A DNA stretch of 64,000 nucleotides from an uncultured Aquimarina sp. (GTDB taxonomy: Bacteria; Bacteroidota; Bacteroidia; Flavobacteriales; Flavobacteriaceae): contig CANLYR010000022.1 in the NCBI GenBank assembly GCA_947495425.1, positions 360 to 64,359 of the forward strand, given 5' to 3'. Positions 40,173 to 50,887 of this stretch are shown here, one piece after another (within the stretch, counting starts at the first letter, position 1; every line of letters starts with the position of its first letter). Position numbers and translations under genes: made by a program. The notes beneath the pieces were generated by a model, which worked only from the letters and a program-made list of their open reading frames with translations, was not told the origin of the DNA and did no database searches.

Positions 40173-40198
40173 GTACTATATTATATTTTGAGTATATT

Positions 40199-40768
40199 TT
40201 ATTTTCCTCCAAAAGAAAATAATAGACCAAGATTAATAGTAATATCTGCTACAGAAGCATCACCAACCTTGCCCGCACTTAAATAGGCAACATTCATATT
40301 TAACACTCCGTACTTAAATCCTAATGCAGGACGGAATGAGAAATTAGATTCGCTATCTGCTCCAGCTTCATCTAATGAATCATTATCACTTTCAATTTCT
40401 ACAGAACCTACACTCGTCATACCTAGTCCAAGACTACCATAAGGTCTAAATCCTTCTTTTGTAAAATAGTAACGACCATTAAGCATAAAACTTCCTAAGG
40501 CTATAGCACCGTAAGAGGCAGAAGTCTCTTGTCCAGCAATAGTTACATCACCACCGGCTAAAAATTCTCCATGATAAAGGATAGATACATCGATATCTTC
40601 GGTTACTGCATATCCTAATTCGAAATGTGCAGCCACACCTCCATCAGTAAAATCAGCAATATCTCCTGAAGGCATTGCATAACCAACACCAAAACCAAGT
40701 CTAACCTGTGCGTTTGCGCTTGTAAATCCTAACACTGCAACTGCAGCAAAAAGTAATAATTTTTTCAT
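40199..40768 (-). CDS. small outer-membrane beta-barrel (OmpA/OmpW-like TM domain)
   Basis: Signal peptide MKKLLLFAAVAVLGFTSANAQ; GRYYF...FRPY..LGLG; terminal aromatic strand. Confidence 0.85.
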   Translation of the reverse strand: MKKLLLFAAVAVLGFTSANAQVRLGFGVGYAMPSGDIADFTDGGVAAHFELGYAVTEDIDVSILYHGEFLAGGDVTIAGQETSASYGAIALGSFMLNGRYYFTKEGFRPYGSLGLGMTSVGSVEIESDNDSLDEAGADSESNFSFRPALGFKYGVLNMNVAYLSAGKVGDASVADITINLGLLFSFGGK

Positions 40769-40942
40769 AATAGATTTAAGTTTTATCGTTTAAAGGCAAA
40801 AACATAAGGATAAAAAGCATTAATTAACAAATTTTTAATGATTTTTTTAGCATTGTTACTTTTTGCAATCTTAGTAGTTAGTTTTATATATACAGACATA
40901 AAGAAAATTATCAATAAATCTCGAACCGTGTTCTACTTATTG

Positions 40943-42208
40943 TCATACTAAAAACTGAAATAAATCAGGCTTGTCATTTAGATAATCACCAAAAAAATTA
41001 AGCGCTTTCATTCTAGAGATAAGCGGTTGGAGGTCTTTTTTGTCTTTTAATTCGATACCCACTACTGCAGGGGCATTTTCTCTACTTGATTTTTTAGAAT
41101 ATTCAAAATGAGTAATGTCATCATTTGGCCCTAATACTTCGCCAACAAACTGCTTTAATGCTCCTGCTCTTTGTGGAAAGCGAACAATAAAATAATGTTT
41201 CAAATCGGCATATAATAGTGCTCTTTCCTTAATCTCTGCGGTGCGAGTAATATCATTATTACTGCCACTCACGATACAGACTATATTTTTACCCTTGATC
41301 TTATCTTTGTAAAATTCTAAAGCCGCCAGCGTTAAAGCTCCTGCGGGTTCAACGACTATAGCGTCTCTATTATATAAGTCTAATATTGTTTGACATACCA
41401 ACCCTTCTGGTACAGTAAGCATATCTGATAAATAGGCGTTACAAATTTTGAAATTAAGATCTCCAACTTTTTGTACAGCAGCACCGTCAATAAACTTATC
41501 AATTTTCGAAATCTTAGTGTTTTTGTTATTTTGAATAGAGGTATACATAGATGGAGCACCTTCTGGCTCAACTCCTATAATCTTTGTTTTTGGTGAAAGC
41601 GCTTTTAATGCACCCGATAATCCTGAAGCTAATCCTCCTCCACCCACAGCTACGAAAACATAATCAATAGGTACATCTGCCTGGTTAAATATCTCAAGTC
41701 CTATTGTTCCTTGTCCTTCAATAGTTTTTGGATCTTCAAAAGGATGTACAAATGTCTTTCCCTCTGAAGTACAAGCCTGCATTGCCGCTTTTGAAGAATC
41801 ATCAAAAGTATCTCCTTCAAGAATAATCTTTACATAATCGCCTCCAAACATTTGTGTTTGAGCAACTTTTTGTTTGGGAGTAACCGAAGGCATGTAAATC
41901 GTGCCAATTATCTTTAGATGATGGCAAGCAAAAGCCACACCCTGGGCATGATTCCCTGCACTGGCACAAACTACTCCTCTTTCTAATTCGTCTTTTGTAA
42001 GCGAACTTATTTTGTTAAAAGCTCCTCTAATCTTGTAAGAACGAACACGCTGAAGATCTTCGCGTTTCAATAGAATATTTGCATCATATCTTCTTGAATA
42101 TCGAATACTATTCATCAAAGGAGTAACCATAGCTACCTCACTTATTACAGAAGCCGCATGCTCGATGTCCTGCAATTCTGGAAAATATGTTGTTGTTGCT
42201 ATACTCAT
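40943..42208 (-). CDS. ilvA: threonine ammonia-lyase (biosynthetic)
   Basis: KREDLQ.VRSYKIRGA, ASAGNHAQG, VGGGGL, EPAGA, C-terminal ACT (FPQRAGAL). Confidence 0.97.
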   Translation of the reverse strand: MSIATTTYFPELQDIEHAASVISEVAMVTPLMNSIRYSRRYDANILLKREDLQRVRSYKIRGAFNKISSLTKDELERGVVCASAGNHAQGVAFACHHLKIIGTIYMPSVTPKQKVAQTQMFGGDYVKIILEGDTFDDSSKAAMQACTSEGKTFVHPFEDPKTIEGQGTIGLEIFNQADVPIDYVFVAVGGGGLASGLSGALKALSPKTKIIGVEPEGAPSMYTSIQNNKNTKISKIDKFIDGAAVQKVGDLNFKICNAYLSDMLTVPEGLVCQTILDLYNRDAIVVEPAGALTLAALEFYKDKIKGKNIVCIVSGSNNDITRTAEIKERALLYADLKHYFIVRFPQRAGALKQFVGEVLGPNDDITHFEYSKKSSRENAPAVVGIELKDKKDLQPLISRMKALNFFGDYLNDKPDLFQFLV

Positions 42209-42360
42209 AATCCCATACTTTTATCATCATTTTTTGCCAGCCTGGATCTATCAAAGGTCACACAATACACATCTCAAACCTCGACAGATCCGGCTAACAA
42301 AAAATAAAATCCTAAATAAGTAGCATAAAAAATTGATACTACTTATTCAGGAATACTTTA

Positions 42361-43836
42361 TTATACTATAGGCTTCATTGCCGTCATAGAAGCTCTAAGT
42401 CTTGCTCCTACAATCTCTATAGGGTGGTTTCTTAATTTGTCATTCACTTCAATTAGTGTAGCATTATCGACACTATTATTTTTGCCTTCATCATAAGCCT
42501 TACCAATTACATCAGTATCTATTTTTTTCATAAAATCAGCCAATAGTGGCTTACAAGCATGATCAAATAGATAACAACCGTATTCTGCTGTATCAGAAAT
42601 CACACGATTCATTTCAAATAACTTTTTACGTGCTATTGTATTTGCAATAAGTGGAGTTTCGTGTAATGACTCATAATATGCTGATTCTTCGATTATTCCT
42701 GAATCAGTCATCGCTTCAAACGCCAACTCAACACCAGCTCTTACCATGGCCACCATGAGAACACCATGATCATAAAATTCTTGCTCAGAGATTTCTGTAG
42801 TTCCTGCCGGAGTTTTTTCAAAAGCGGTTTCGCCCGTAGCAGCTCTCCATGATAATAAATTTTTATCATCATTTGCCCAATCTTCCATCATAGTTTTTGA
42901 AAAATGTCCAGAAATGATATCATCCATGTGTTTGTGAAACAACGGTCGCATGACATCTTTCAACTCCTCTGATAATTCAAAGGCTTTTAACTTGGAAGGA
43001 TTAGATAATCGATCCATCATATTGGTGATACCTCCGTATTTTAATCCCTCAGTAATCGTTTCCCATCCATATTGAATTAACCTTGAAGCATATCCTGCAT
43101 CAATCCCTTTTTCGATCATTTTATCAAAACATAAAATAGATCCTGTTTGCAACAAACCACAAAGAATAGTTTGCTCTCCCATGAGATCCGATTTTACTTC
43201 AGCGACAAATGAAGATTCTAAAACTCCCGCTCTATCTCCTCCTGTTGCAACCGCATAAGCCTTTGCCTGATCATGACCATGACCTTGAGGGTCATTTTCG
43301 GGATGTACTGCTATTAGTGTTGGCACCCCAAATCCTCTTTTATATTCTTCTCGAACCTCTGATCCCGGGCATTTTGGAGCTACCATAATTACCGTAAGAT
43401 CCTCGCGTACCTGCATTCCTTCTTCAACAATGTTAAAACCATGAGAATATGATAACGTAGCGCCTTTTTTCATTAGAGGCATTACAGTATTTACTACCTG
43501 AGTATGTTGCTTATCTGGTGTAAGGTTAATAACGACATCTGCATGGGGTACTAGCTCTTTATATGTTCCAACCTTAAAGCCGTTATCAGTTGCATTTTTA
43601 TAGGACTGTCGCTTTTCTTTGATCGCAGCCTCACGTAACGTGTAAGAAATATCTAAGCCCGAATCTCTCATGTTAAGGCCTTGGTTAAGGCCTTGAGCAC
43701 CACATCCTACAATAACAATTCTTTTACCTTTTAGCATCTCAACTCCTGCCGAAAATTCTTCAGCATTCATGAACCTGCATTTTCCCAATTGTGTTAATTG
43801 ATCTCTTAATGATAGCGTATTAAAATAATTTGCCAT
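42361..43836 (-). CDS. ilvC: ketol-acid reductoisomerase (long form)
   Basis: [35 protein letters not shown]. Confidence 0.98.
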   Translation of the reverse strand: MANYFNTLSLRDQLTQLGKCRFMNAEEFSAGVEMLKGKRIVIVGCGAQGLNQGLNMRDSGLDISYTLREAAIKEKRQSYKNATDNGFKVGTYKELVPHADVVINLTPDKQHTQVVNTVMPLMKKGATLSYSHGFNIVEEGMQVREDLTVIMVAPKCPGSEVREEYKRGFGVPTLIAVHPENDPQGHGHDQAKAYAVATGGDRAGVLESSFVAEVKSDLMGEQTILCGLLQTGSILCFDKMIEKGIDAGYASRLIQYGWETITEGLKYGGITNMMDRLSNPSKLKAFELSEELKDVMRPLFHKHMDDIISGHFSKTMMEDWANDDKNLLSWRAATGETAFEKTPAGTTEISEQEFYDHGVLMVAMVRAGVELAFEAMTDSGIIEESAYYESLHETPLIANTIARKKLFEMNRVISDTAEYGCYLFDHACKPLLADFMKKIDTDVIGKAYDEGKNNSVDNATLIEVNDKLRNHPIEIVGARLRASMTAMKPIV

Positions 43837-43911
43837 TTCCTTCTTAATTAGTTGTATGTTCCTTTCGGAAATTTGATTTAAATTTTGATTTTCGTTATTT
43901 TTTTATGGTGT

Positions 43912-44010
43912 ATCCCGCCTGAGGCGGGTCGGGCTATTCGCTGTATCTTTTATTTCTGATCCCTTCGAGAACCTCAGAGATCAGAAATAAAAGGATGTCG
44001 CTACTATCCC
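43912..44010. repeat. structured intergenic element between ilvN and ilvC
   Basis: CCCGCC-TGA-GGCGGG hairpin, then ATCTTTTTATTTCTGATC...GATCAGAAATAAAAGGAT long stem. Confidence 0.55.
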
Positions 44011-44544
44011 TTACACGGTTTCTTCAGTAAAATTTTCTAATAGTGTTGATATATCCATCTTTTCTTTAGTTATAGCAATTCTACCAGAACGTACAAATTG
44101 CATTAATCCATAAGGTTCTAACTTGTGATATAATGCCTCAACTTCTCTTCTTCTTCCAGTTTTTTCAATTACAAAAAACTCTGGAGTTACGGTAACAATA
44201 TTTGCATTGCTGTTTTTTATTACATTTTGGATTTGACGCTCCTCAAATAATAATTTTGAATCTACTTTAAACAAAGCAGTTTCCTGATAGATAATCTCTT
44301 CTTCTTTGTGATAAAAAGCTTTGATTACTTCTATCTGTTTTTCTATTTGTAAAACGATTTTTTTTACTTGTTCTTCGGTTACTTTTACGGCTATAGTAAA
44401 TCGAAAAACATTTTTGATCTCTGATTGTGAAGCCGTCATACTATCCAAATTAATATGGCGCTTTAGGAAAATAGCTGATATTCTATTGAGCAACCCTATG
44501 TTATTTTCGGTATATACCGATAATGTAAAATTTTCTTTCTTCAT
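44011..44544 (-). CDS. ilvN: acetolactate synthase small (regulatory) subunit
   Basis: ACT domain EN..GLLNRI...F..R.INL; FVRSGRIA. Confidence 0.95.
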   Translation of the reverse strand: MKKENFTLSVYTENNIGLLNRISAIFLKRHINLDSMTASQSEIKNVFRFTIAVKVTEEQVKKIVLQIEKQIEVIKAFYHKEEEIIYQETALFKVDSKLLFEERQIQNVIKNSNANIVTVTPEFFVIEKTGRRREVEALYHKLEPYGLMQFVRSGRIAITKEKMDISTLLENFTEETV

Positions 44545-44546
44545 AA

Positions 44547-46280
44547 CTAACTCAGTCTTATATCTGAAACAGATGCTCCGGTAGGAATCATCGGGAAGAC
44601 ATTATTTTCTTTCTCTACACATACTTCTAAAAAGTAAGGTTCTTTTGAAGCGATCATTTCTGCAATAGCACCTTGTAGATCTTCTCTTTTGGTTACTCGT
44701 TTAGCTTCAATATGATAACCCTTCGCAATGGTAACAAAATCGGGATTGACCATTTCTGTAGAAGCATATCGTTTGTCAAAAAACAATTGTTGCCATTGTC
44801 TTACCATACCTAAGAAATCGTTATTTAGAACCACGATTTTTACGGGTACTCTGGTTTGAAAAATAGTTCCTAATTCTTGGATTGTCATTTGGTAACCGCC
44901 ATCACCAATTATTGCAACCACTTCTCGTTCTGGTGCTCCCATTTTTGCACCAATAGCAGCAGGTAGCGCAAACCCCATTGTACCCAGACCACCAGAGGTA
45001 ACATTACTTTTGGATTTTGTAAATTCTGCATAACGACAAGCGATCATTTGGTGTTGCCCTACATCTGAGACAATGATAGCGTCACCTTTAGTTTCTTCGT
45101 TGATTCCTCTAAGCACTTCTCCCATAGAAAGTGCTTCTTTACTAGGATGTAGTTCTTCTTTTATTACTTTATCATATTCTATGGTATCATAATCTCTGAA
45201 TTCTTGTAACCATAAATCGTGGGTTTTGGGAGCGATTAATGGCAGTAATTGAGACAACGTATTTTTTACATTACCCATTACCGCAACATCGGCCTTTACA
45301 TTTTTATCGATCTCTGCCGGGTCAATTTCAAAATGAACAATCTTGGCTTGTTTTGCATAGGTTTCGAGGTTTCCAGTTACACGATCATCAAATCGCATTC
45401 CTATTGCCAATAGCAAATCACACTCGTTAGTTAACTTATTTGGTCCATAATTACCATGCATACCAACCATACCGACATTCAACGGATGTGCCGTGGGTAC
45501 CGCAGAGAGACCCAAAATTGTCCATGCCGATGGGATTCCTGACTTTTCTATAAAAGATATAAGCTCTTTTTCTGCTTCGCCCAGGATCACTCCTTGTCCA
45601 AAGACAATCATAGGCTTCTTTGCTTCGTTGATCAATTTTGAGGCTTCTTCTAAACTTTTTGGATCGGTTTCTGGAACAGGCTTATAGCTTCGTACGCCTT
45701 TACATATTGCGTATTCAAAATCCAATTCACCAAATTGGGCATCTTTTGTAATATCAACTAAAACAGGTCCTGGACGTCCGGATTTGGCGATATAAAAAGC
45801 CTTTGCTAATACCGCAGGAATATCTTCGGCTTTGGTTACCTGATGGTTCCATTTGGTTATAGGAGTAGAAATCCCGATAATATCAGTCTCTTGAAAAGCA
45901 TCAGAGCCTAACAAATGAGACCCCACTTGCCCTGTGATACAAACCATAGGTGTAGAATCGATTTGCGCATCGGCTATTCCTGTTACAAAATTAGTTGCTC
46001 CCGGTCCAGAAGTGGCAATAGCCACTCCTACCTTACCACTGGCTCTGGCATACCCTTGTGCAGCATGTGTTGCACCTTGCTCATGCCTCGTAAGGATATG
46101 ACTTAATTTATCTTGATATTTATAAAGTTCGTCATAAACTGGCATAATTGCTCCTCCTGGATACCCATATATCAAATCGACCCCTTCGGCCAGTAGACAT
46201 CGGATTACTGCTTCTGCTCCCGTCATTCGTTCTGTTGCCACTTTAGCTTCTTTTTTTATGGTTTGCGTTTGTGTTTCCAT
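44547..46280 (-). CDS. ilvB: acetolactate synthase large subunit
   Basis: GYPGGA, RHEQGA, TSGPGATN, RFDDRV, GDGG.QM...NN.FLGMVRQWQ. Confidence 0.97.
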   Translation of the reverse strand: METQTQTIKKEAKVATERMTGAEAVIRCLLAEGVDLIYGYPGGAIMPVYDELYKYQDKLSHILTRHEQGATHAAQGYARASGKVGVAIATSGPGATNFVTGIADAQIDSTPMVCITGQVGSHLLGSDAFQETDIIGISTPITKWNHQVTKAEDIPAVLAKAFYIAKSGRPGPVLVDITKDAQFGELDFEYAICKGVRSYKPVPETDPKSLEEASKLINEAKKPMIVFGQGVILGEAEKELISFIEKSGIPSAWTILGLSAVPTAHPLNVGMVGMHGNYGPNKLTNECDLLLAIGMRFDDRVTGNLETYAKQAKIVHFEIDPAEIDKNVKADVAVMGNVKNTLSQLLPLIAPKTHDLWLQEFRDYDTIEYDKVIKEELHPSKEALSMGEVLRGINEETKGDAIIVSDVGQHQMIACRYAEFTKSKSNVTSGGLGTMGFALPAAIGAKMGAPEREVVAIIGDGGYQMTIQELGTIFQTRVPVKIVVLNNDFLGMVRQWQQLFFDKRYASTEMVNPDFVTIAKGYHIEAKRVTKREDLQGAIAEMIASKEPYFLEVCVEKENNVFPMIPTGASVSDIRLS

Positions 46281-46297
46281 ACGCGCTTTTATTTTAG

Positions 46298-46320
46298 ATT
46301 CCTGCCTGCGCAGGAATGAT
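46298..46320. repeat. short REP-like hairpin between ilvD and ilvB
   Basis: GATTCCTGC-CTGC-GCAGGAATGA. Confidence 0.55.
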
Positions 46321-46321
46321 A

Positions 46322-47998
46322 TTAGAATTCATCGGTTACACATCCTTGTGATGCAGACGATACCGTATTTGCATATTTATACAATACTCCTTTGTTGAAC
46401 TTTAACTCTGGTTGTACCCAGGAAGCTTTCCTTTTTTCAAGTTCTGCTGCACTTATATCTACCGTAATTGAGTTTGTTTCTGCATCAATAGTAATTGTAT
46501 CTCCATCTTTTACCAAGGCAATCGCTCCACCTTCTTGAGCTTCAGGAGTGATATGGCCGACGACAAAACCGTGCGTCCCTCCAGAAAATCTTCCATCGGT
46601 AATCAAGGCTACATCTTTACCAAGACCTGCACCCATGATTGCAGCCGTAGGTTTTAGCATTTCTGGCATTCCCGGACCTCCTTTTGGCCCTTCATATCGA
46701 ATGACGACTACATCGCCTTTTTCAACTTTTCCATCTCTAATGCCATCATTAGCTGCATATTCACCATCAAAAACCTTCGCTTTTCCTTGAAAACGAAGAC
46801 CCTCTTTCCCTGTAATTTTTGCAACACATCCATCATCTGCCAGATTACCAAACATAATTCTTAAGTGCCCGGTTTGCTTTATTGGATCTTCTAAGGGTTT
46901 AATGACATCCTGCCCTTCAGTAAGATCTGGAACCTCTAATAAATTTTCGGCTAGTGTTTTTCCGGTAACGGTTAAGCAATCCCCATGAAGTAATCCTTTC
47001 TTCAAAAGATATTTTAATACGGCAGGAATACCACCGACTTCATGCACATCTTCCATCAAATATTTCCCACTTGGTTTTAAATCTGCCAAGAATGGGGTTT
47101 CGTCACTTATTCTTTGAAAATCTGCTAATGTAAATGCTACATCTGCCGCTCTGGCAATTGCCAAAAAATGCAACACGGCATTAGTGGAACCACCAAGTAT
47201 GGTAACCAAACGTATTGCGTTTTCTAATGATTTTTTGGTTACGATATCTTTTGGTTTAATATCTTCTTCTAGTAGTAGTCTCATCGCACGACCCGCAGCG
47301 ATACTTTCTTCTTCTTTGTTATTACTTATCGCAGGGTTTGATGAATTATATGGCAATGACATTCCCAATGCTTCTATTGCAGAAGCCATAGTATTTGCCG
47401 TATACATCCCACCGCATGCACCTGCACCCGGACAGGCTTTTTCTATAACACTTTTATATTCTTTTTGATTTATAGTACCTGCGACTTTCTCACCCCAAGC
47501 CTCAAAGGCTGAAACTACATCCAGCTTTTTACCTTGATGATTCCCCGAAGCTATAGTACCCCCGTAAACGAGTATCGATGGTCGATTTAATCTAAGCATT
47601 GCCATCAGTGCACCTGGCATGTTTTTATCACACCCTACAACAGTTACCATACCATCATAAGACATCGCTTGTACTACGGTTTCCATAGAATCAGCAATCA
47701 CATCACGAGACGGAAGTGAAAAGCGCATTCCGGGAGTTCCCATAGAAATCCCGTCACTCACACCTATAGTATTAAAGATTAGTCCAACAACATCTTCTTC
47801 TAGGGTACCTTTCTTTACCAATTTTGCAAGATCATTAAGATGCATGTTGCATGGGTTGCCTTCGTACCCTGTGCTTGCTATACCTACTAATGGTTTTTTA
47901 AAATCTTCATCTGTCAAACCAATAGCATGAAGCATTGCTTGGGCTGCTGGTTGTGTATCGTCTTGAGTGACTTGTTTACTATATTTATTAATGCTCAT
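46322..47998 (-). CDS. ilvD: dihydroxy-acid dehydratase
   Basis: [49 protein letters not shown]. Confidence 0.98.
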   Translation of the reverse strand: MSINKYSKQVTQDDTQPAAQAMLHAIGLTDEDFKKPLVGIASTGYEGNPCNMHLNDLAKLVKKGTLEEDVVGLIFNTIGVSDGISMGTPGMRFSLPSRDVIADSMETVVQAMSYDGMVTVVGCDKNMPGALMAMLRLNRPSILVYGGTIASGNHQGKKLDVVSAFEAWGEKVAGTINQKEYKSVIEKACPGAGACGGMYTANTMASAIEALGMSLPYNSSNPAISNNKEEESIAAGRAMRLLLEEDIKPKDIVTKKSLENAIRLVTILGGSTNAVLHFLAIARAADVAFTLADFQRISDETPFLADLKPSGKYLMEDVHEVGGIPAVLKYLLKKGLLHGDCLTVTGKTLAENLLEVPDLTEGQDVIKPLEDPIKQTGHLRIMFGNLADDGCVAKITGKEGLRFQGKAKVFDGEYAANDGIRDGKVEKGDVVVIRYEGPKGGPGMPEMLKPTAAIMGAGLGKDVALITDGRFSGGTHGFVVGHITPEAQEGGAIALVKDGDTITIDAETNSITVDISAAELEKRKASWVQPELKFNKGVLYKYANTVSSASQGCVTDEF

Positions 47999-48245
47999 TC
48001 TTATCTTTTTGTGATTTTTTATTAATTATTCAATATTTTAACTATTTATTTAAGATATAACCATCCTAATAAATAAACCACAGTATAAAATTATTTTGTT
48101 GTGGCTAAACCATTATATATTATTCAATACCCTTACAACATCCAATACACCCTTTATCTTTATTAATTATTGATTTACAGTTAATTACACCTTTTGAATT
48201 TACAATCACTATTTATTATTTTTTATCAAACATTCGTTTTTAATC

Positions 48246-48277
48246 AAAAAAAACTCCCTTCGGATGTTGAAGGGAGC
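48246..48277 (-). terminator. proximal ilv attenuator terminator
   Basis: Minus strand CTCCCTTC-AACATCC-GAAGGGAG-TTTTTTTT. Confidence 0.85.
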
Positions 48278-48307
48278 TATATATTTATGGTCATATCAGC
48301 ATCCCTA

Positions 48308-48367
48308 CTATGGTGGACCAATCACGATAATAATGACAATAACTACTATACTTTTAATGATTTTCAT
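48308..48367 (-). CDS. ilv leader peptide 2: MKIIKSIVVIVIIIVIGPP
   Basis: Manual translation; run of 10 consecutive Ile/Val codons; followed by a terminator. Confidence 0.85.
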   Translation of the reverse strand: MKIIKSIVVIVIIIVIGPP

Positions 48368-48378
48368 ATTTAGCGTAT

Positions 48379-48412
48379 AAAAAAAGTTCCTTTACATTGC
48401 AAAGGAACTTTT
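48379..48412 (-). terminator. distal ilv attenuator terminator
   Basis: Minus strand AAAAGTTCCTTT-GCAATGT-AAAGGAACTTTT-TTT. Confidence 0.8.
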
Positions 48413-48440
48413 ATCTATTTAAAATAGTGTAGCAGCTCCC

Positions 48441-48503
48441 TCAAGATGAAATAATCACCTGAATACGAATGACACTGCTCATATTTATATTATTTTTTTT
48501 CAT
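48441..48503 (-). CDS. ilv leader peptide 1: MKKNNINMSSVIRIQVIISS
   Basis: Manual translation; Val/Ile-rich C-terminal half; followed by a terminator. Confidence 0.65.
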   Translation of the reverse strand: MKKNNINMSSVIRIQVIISS

Positions 48504-48577
48504 ATTATGCTGATAAAGATATAAAAAAATTCATATTCAGAAAACTTTTATAAGACTTTTAAACTATACCTTTCGTA

Positions 48578-48729
48578 GGGATCTGTTCAACCAACTATAT
48601 TGAATTCACCGCATAAGGCGGATTTTCAATACATAAAACTTTTACACTCAATTGCTATAGATCCCGTTAAGCAACGGGATTTGTTCAACCAGCTATATTG
48701 AATTCACCGCTTAAGGCGGATTTTCAATA
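48578..48729. repeat. two ~54-bp direct repeats 98 bp apart, each with an internal hairpin
   Basis: GGGATYTGTTCAACCARCTATATTGAATTCACCGCWTAAGGCGGATTTTCAATA at 48578 and 48676. Confidence 0.85.
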
Positions 48730-48739
48730 TAGGGTTTCA

Positions 48740-49387
48740 CTAAATCTTAAAGAGCTTGTTTTTTATGCAATAAATCACCAAACCAACTCTGGTGTTTACT
48801 TCGAGCTTTCTAAAAACAGATTCTCTATAATTCTCAATCGTTTTAGGGCTCAATCCCAGTTCACCTGCAATATCTTTGTACGTGAGTTCTGAACATGCAT
48901 ATTTTAGAAACACTCTTTCTTTATCAGTTAAACTTTCCTGAAGGCTCATACTTTGATCAAACCCTTCAGAATGTTTTAAGGCTATTTCTACTTTTCCCGA
49001 ATAATAAAATCCTTGTTCGATCACCATTTTCATCGCAAACTCAAAATTCTCTGGATGGATATCTTTTAGCAGATATCCTTTTGCTCCGGCTCTAAGCATT
49101 TTGATAATGGTTTCCTCATCATCCTCCATGGTGAGGGCCAATACTTTTTGCTCAGGCTGATTATCTTTAAGCCATTGCATTGCCTGCACACCATCCATAA
49201 CCGGCATTTTCACATCCAGAAGGATTAAATCCGGCTTTTTTCTCTTATGCAGATAGTACTGTGTAAGTTCTTTTCCGTTTTTTAAGATTGCCAGCACTTC
49301 ATACTCTTGTAATTTAGAAATCAAGCTTTCTAGAGATTGAGCAAACAAAAGATGATCATCTACAATAACAATGGTCTTTTTTTTCAT
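48740..49387 (-). CDS. NarL/LuxR-family response regulator
   Basis: IVDDH, LLDVKMP, GAKGYLLK, C-terminal HTH ELTYKDIA..L.LSPKTIENYR. Confidence 0.95.
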   Translation of the reverse strand: MKKKTIVIVDDHLLFAQSLESLISKLQEYEVLAILKNGKELTQYYLHKRKKPDLILLDVKMPVMDGVQAMQWLKDNQPEQKVLALTMEDDEETIIKMLRAGAKGYLLKDIHPENFEFAMKMVIEQGFYYSGKVEIALKHSEGFDQSMSLQESLTDKERVFLKYACSELTYKDIAGELGLSPKTIENYRESVFRKLEVNTRVGLVIYCIKNKLFKI

Positions 49388-49403
49388 GTGATGTGGTTTT
49401 AAA

Positions 49404-50186
49404 TCAAGCTTTGTGTTGTAAAGGATATGATATCGTTAGTACTACCCCTTTACCAGGAGCAGTTTTATAATCGTAACCCGCCTTAACCATGGCTGCACGA
49501 CTTTTCATATTTAATAACCCAGAATTCTCTTGTACGGTTTTCATGTCGAAACCTACGCCATCCTCCTGTATTTTTATATCTAAGCTATTTGAAGTATACT
49601 TTAATTCTACTTCTAAATTAGAAGCTTCTGCATATTTTATCGTATTAGAAAAGAATTCCTGAATAATACGATATAGAATAATTTCATCTTTGGGATCGAT
49701 ATCTATTTCTTCACCAATCACAGAAAGTTTTGTTTTAAGAAAACGAAGTTTTTCGAATCTATCCAATTCTACTCGTATCGATTTCTCTAATCCAATATTA
49801 TGGATGACTTCGTTATTTAATGTTTTGGATAAATTTCTTATTTCTTGCAGGCTATCACCAACTAGTTTACGAACATCCTGTAGTGATTCTGCAGATTTAG
49901 TCTCTATACCTGTACTCATAATATTGATCTGCATAACCGCAGTAGACAATAGTTGTCCAATATTATCATGAAGCTCCCAGCTTACATTTTTTAAGGCTTG
50001 TTCTTGTATCTCTAACCTGGATTTAAAAATCTCATCCTCAAAACGTTGTTCAGCTTTAAACTTATCAAACAATAATTTATTTTTTCGCCTTTGAAAAGCC
50101 ACAAAAAAAACAATACCGAAAACTATAAAAAATAAAATAATAACGGTAAAGTAAACTATGAGTAAGATTTGTTCCTTTTCGAGCAT
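49404..50186 (-). CDS. HisKA_3 sensor histidine kinase with one TM and no sensor domain
   Basis: Single N-terminal TM; ELHDNIGQLL H-box; QEFFSNTIKYA, EDGVGFD, GLLNMKSRA. Confidence 0.92.
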   Translation of the reverse strand: MLEKEQILLIVYFTVIILFFIVFGIVFFVAFQRRKNKLLFDKFKAEQRFEDEIFKSRLEIQEQALKNVSWELHDNIGQLLSTAVMQINIMSTGIETKSAESLQDVRKLVGDSLQEIRNLSKTLNNEVIHNIGLEKSIRVELDRFEKLRFLKTKLSVIGEEIDIDPKDEIILYRIIQEFFSNTIKYAEASNLEVELKYTSNSLDIKIQEDGVGFDMKTVQENSGLLNMKSRAAMVKAGYDYKTAPGKGVVLTISYPLQHKA

Positions 50187-50884
50187 ACAATAAAGCCAAC
50201 AGTATAGCAAGTATACATAAAAATATTTGCACTATAAAGTATTAATCTACGTATCTGAACAAATTCAGGGTTTTCAATTTTATAATATTCGATATAAATA
50301 AATAAAGGAGTTACAACCAAATGAAATACCATTGAACCTATAGCAACATAGAATGGAAAAAATTTATGAAAAGACAATATTTTATCGCTCTGTAAAGTTT
50401 CATAAAAATATAACATTACACTTAGAAAAATTAAAATGGACCCGAGAATATAGGTAACATGAGAAGTGCCTATAAAATAAACATTAGTAAAAATTAAGCT
50501 GCTAATTGAGGCAATGAAATAAATAACCATTAACCAATTTAATATTAAGTTCATTTTCTTTGACTTAATATTATTCTTAAAATAGAAGACATAAAACAAA
50601 AAACTAACTATAAAGTAAATATTATATGCCCAATGATTATTACTTAAAAAAGATTCCTCTAAATAAGTTAAGGAATCTAAATTTTTAATAAACCAAGGCG
50701 TCCAACCAAATACTAGTTCTACAAAAACTGTTAACCATAAGAACCATATAAAATACCGAGTTAATTCTTCTACTCGGTATTTTAATTGTTTAAAGTATAA
50801 AGTTCCAACTAAAGCTGCTAGTACTTCAAAGAGATTTACAATGATTTTAAATAGCATATTACTAGTTAATGAATGAACAAGCAA
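50156..50884 (-). CDS. ~7-TM membrane protein overlapping the kinase gene
   Basis: Seven hydrophobic segments; NHWAYNIY motif; start may be ATG at 50857. Confidence 0.8.
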   Translation of the reverse strand: MLVHSLTSNMLFKIIVNLFEVLAALVGTLYFKQLKYRVEELTRYFIWFLWLTVFVELVFGWTPWFIKNLDSLTYLEESFLSNNHWAYNIYFIVSFLFYVFYFKNNIKSKKMNLILNWLMVIYFIASISSLIFTNVYFIGTSHVTYILGSILIFLSVMLYFYETLQSDKILSFHKFFPFYVAIGSMVFHLVVTPLFIYIEYYKIENPEFVQIRRLILYSANIFMYTCYTVGFIVCSKRNKSYS

Positions 50885-50887
50885 TTT

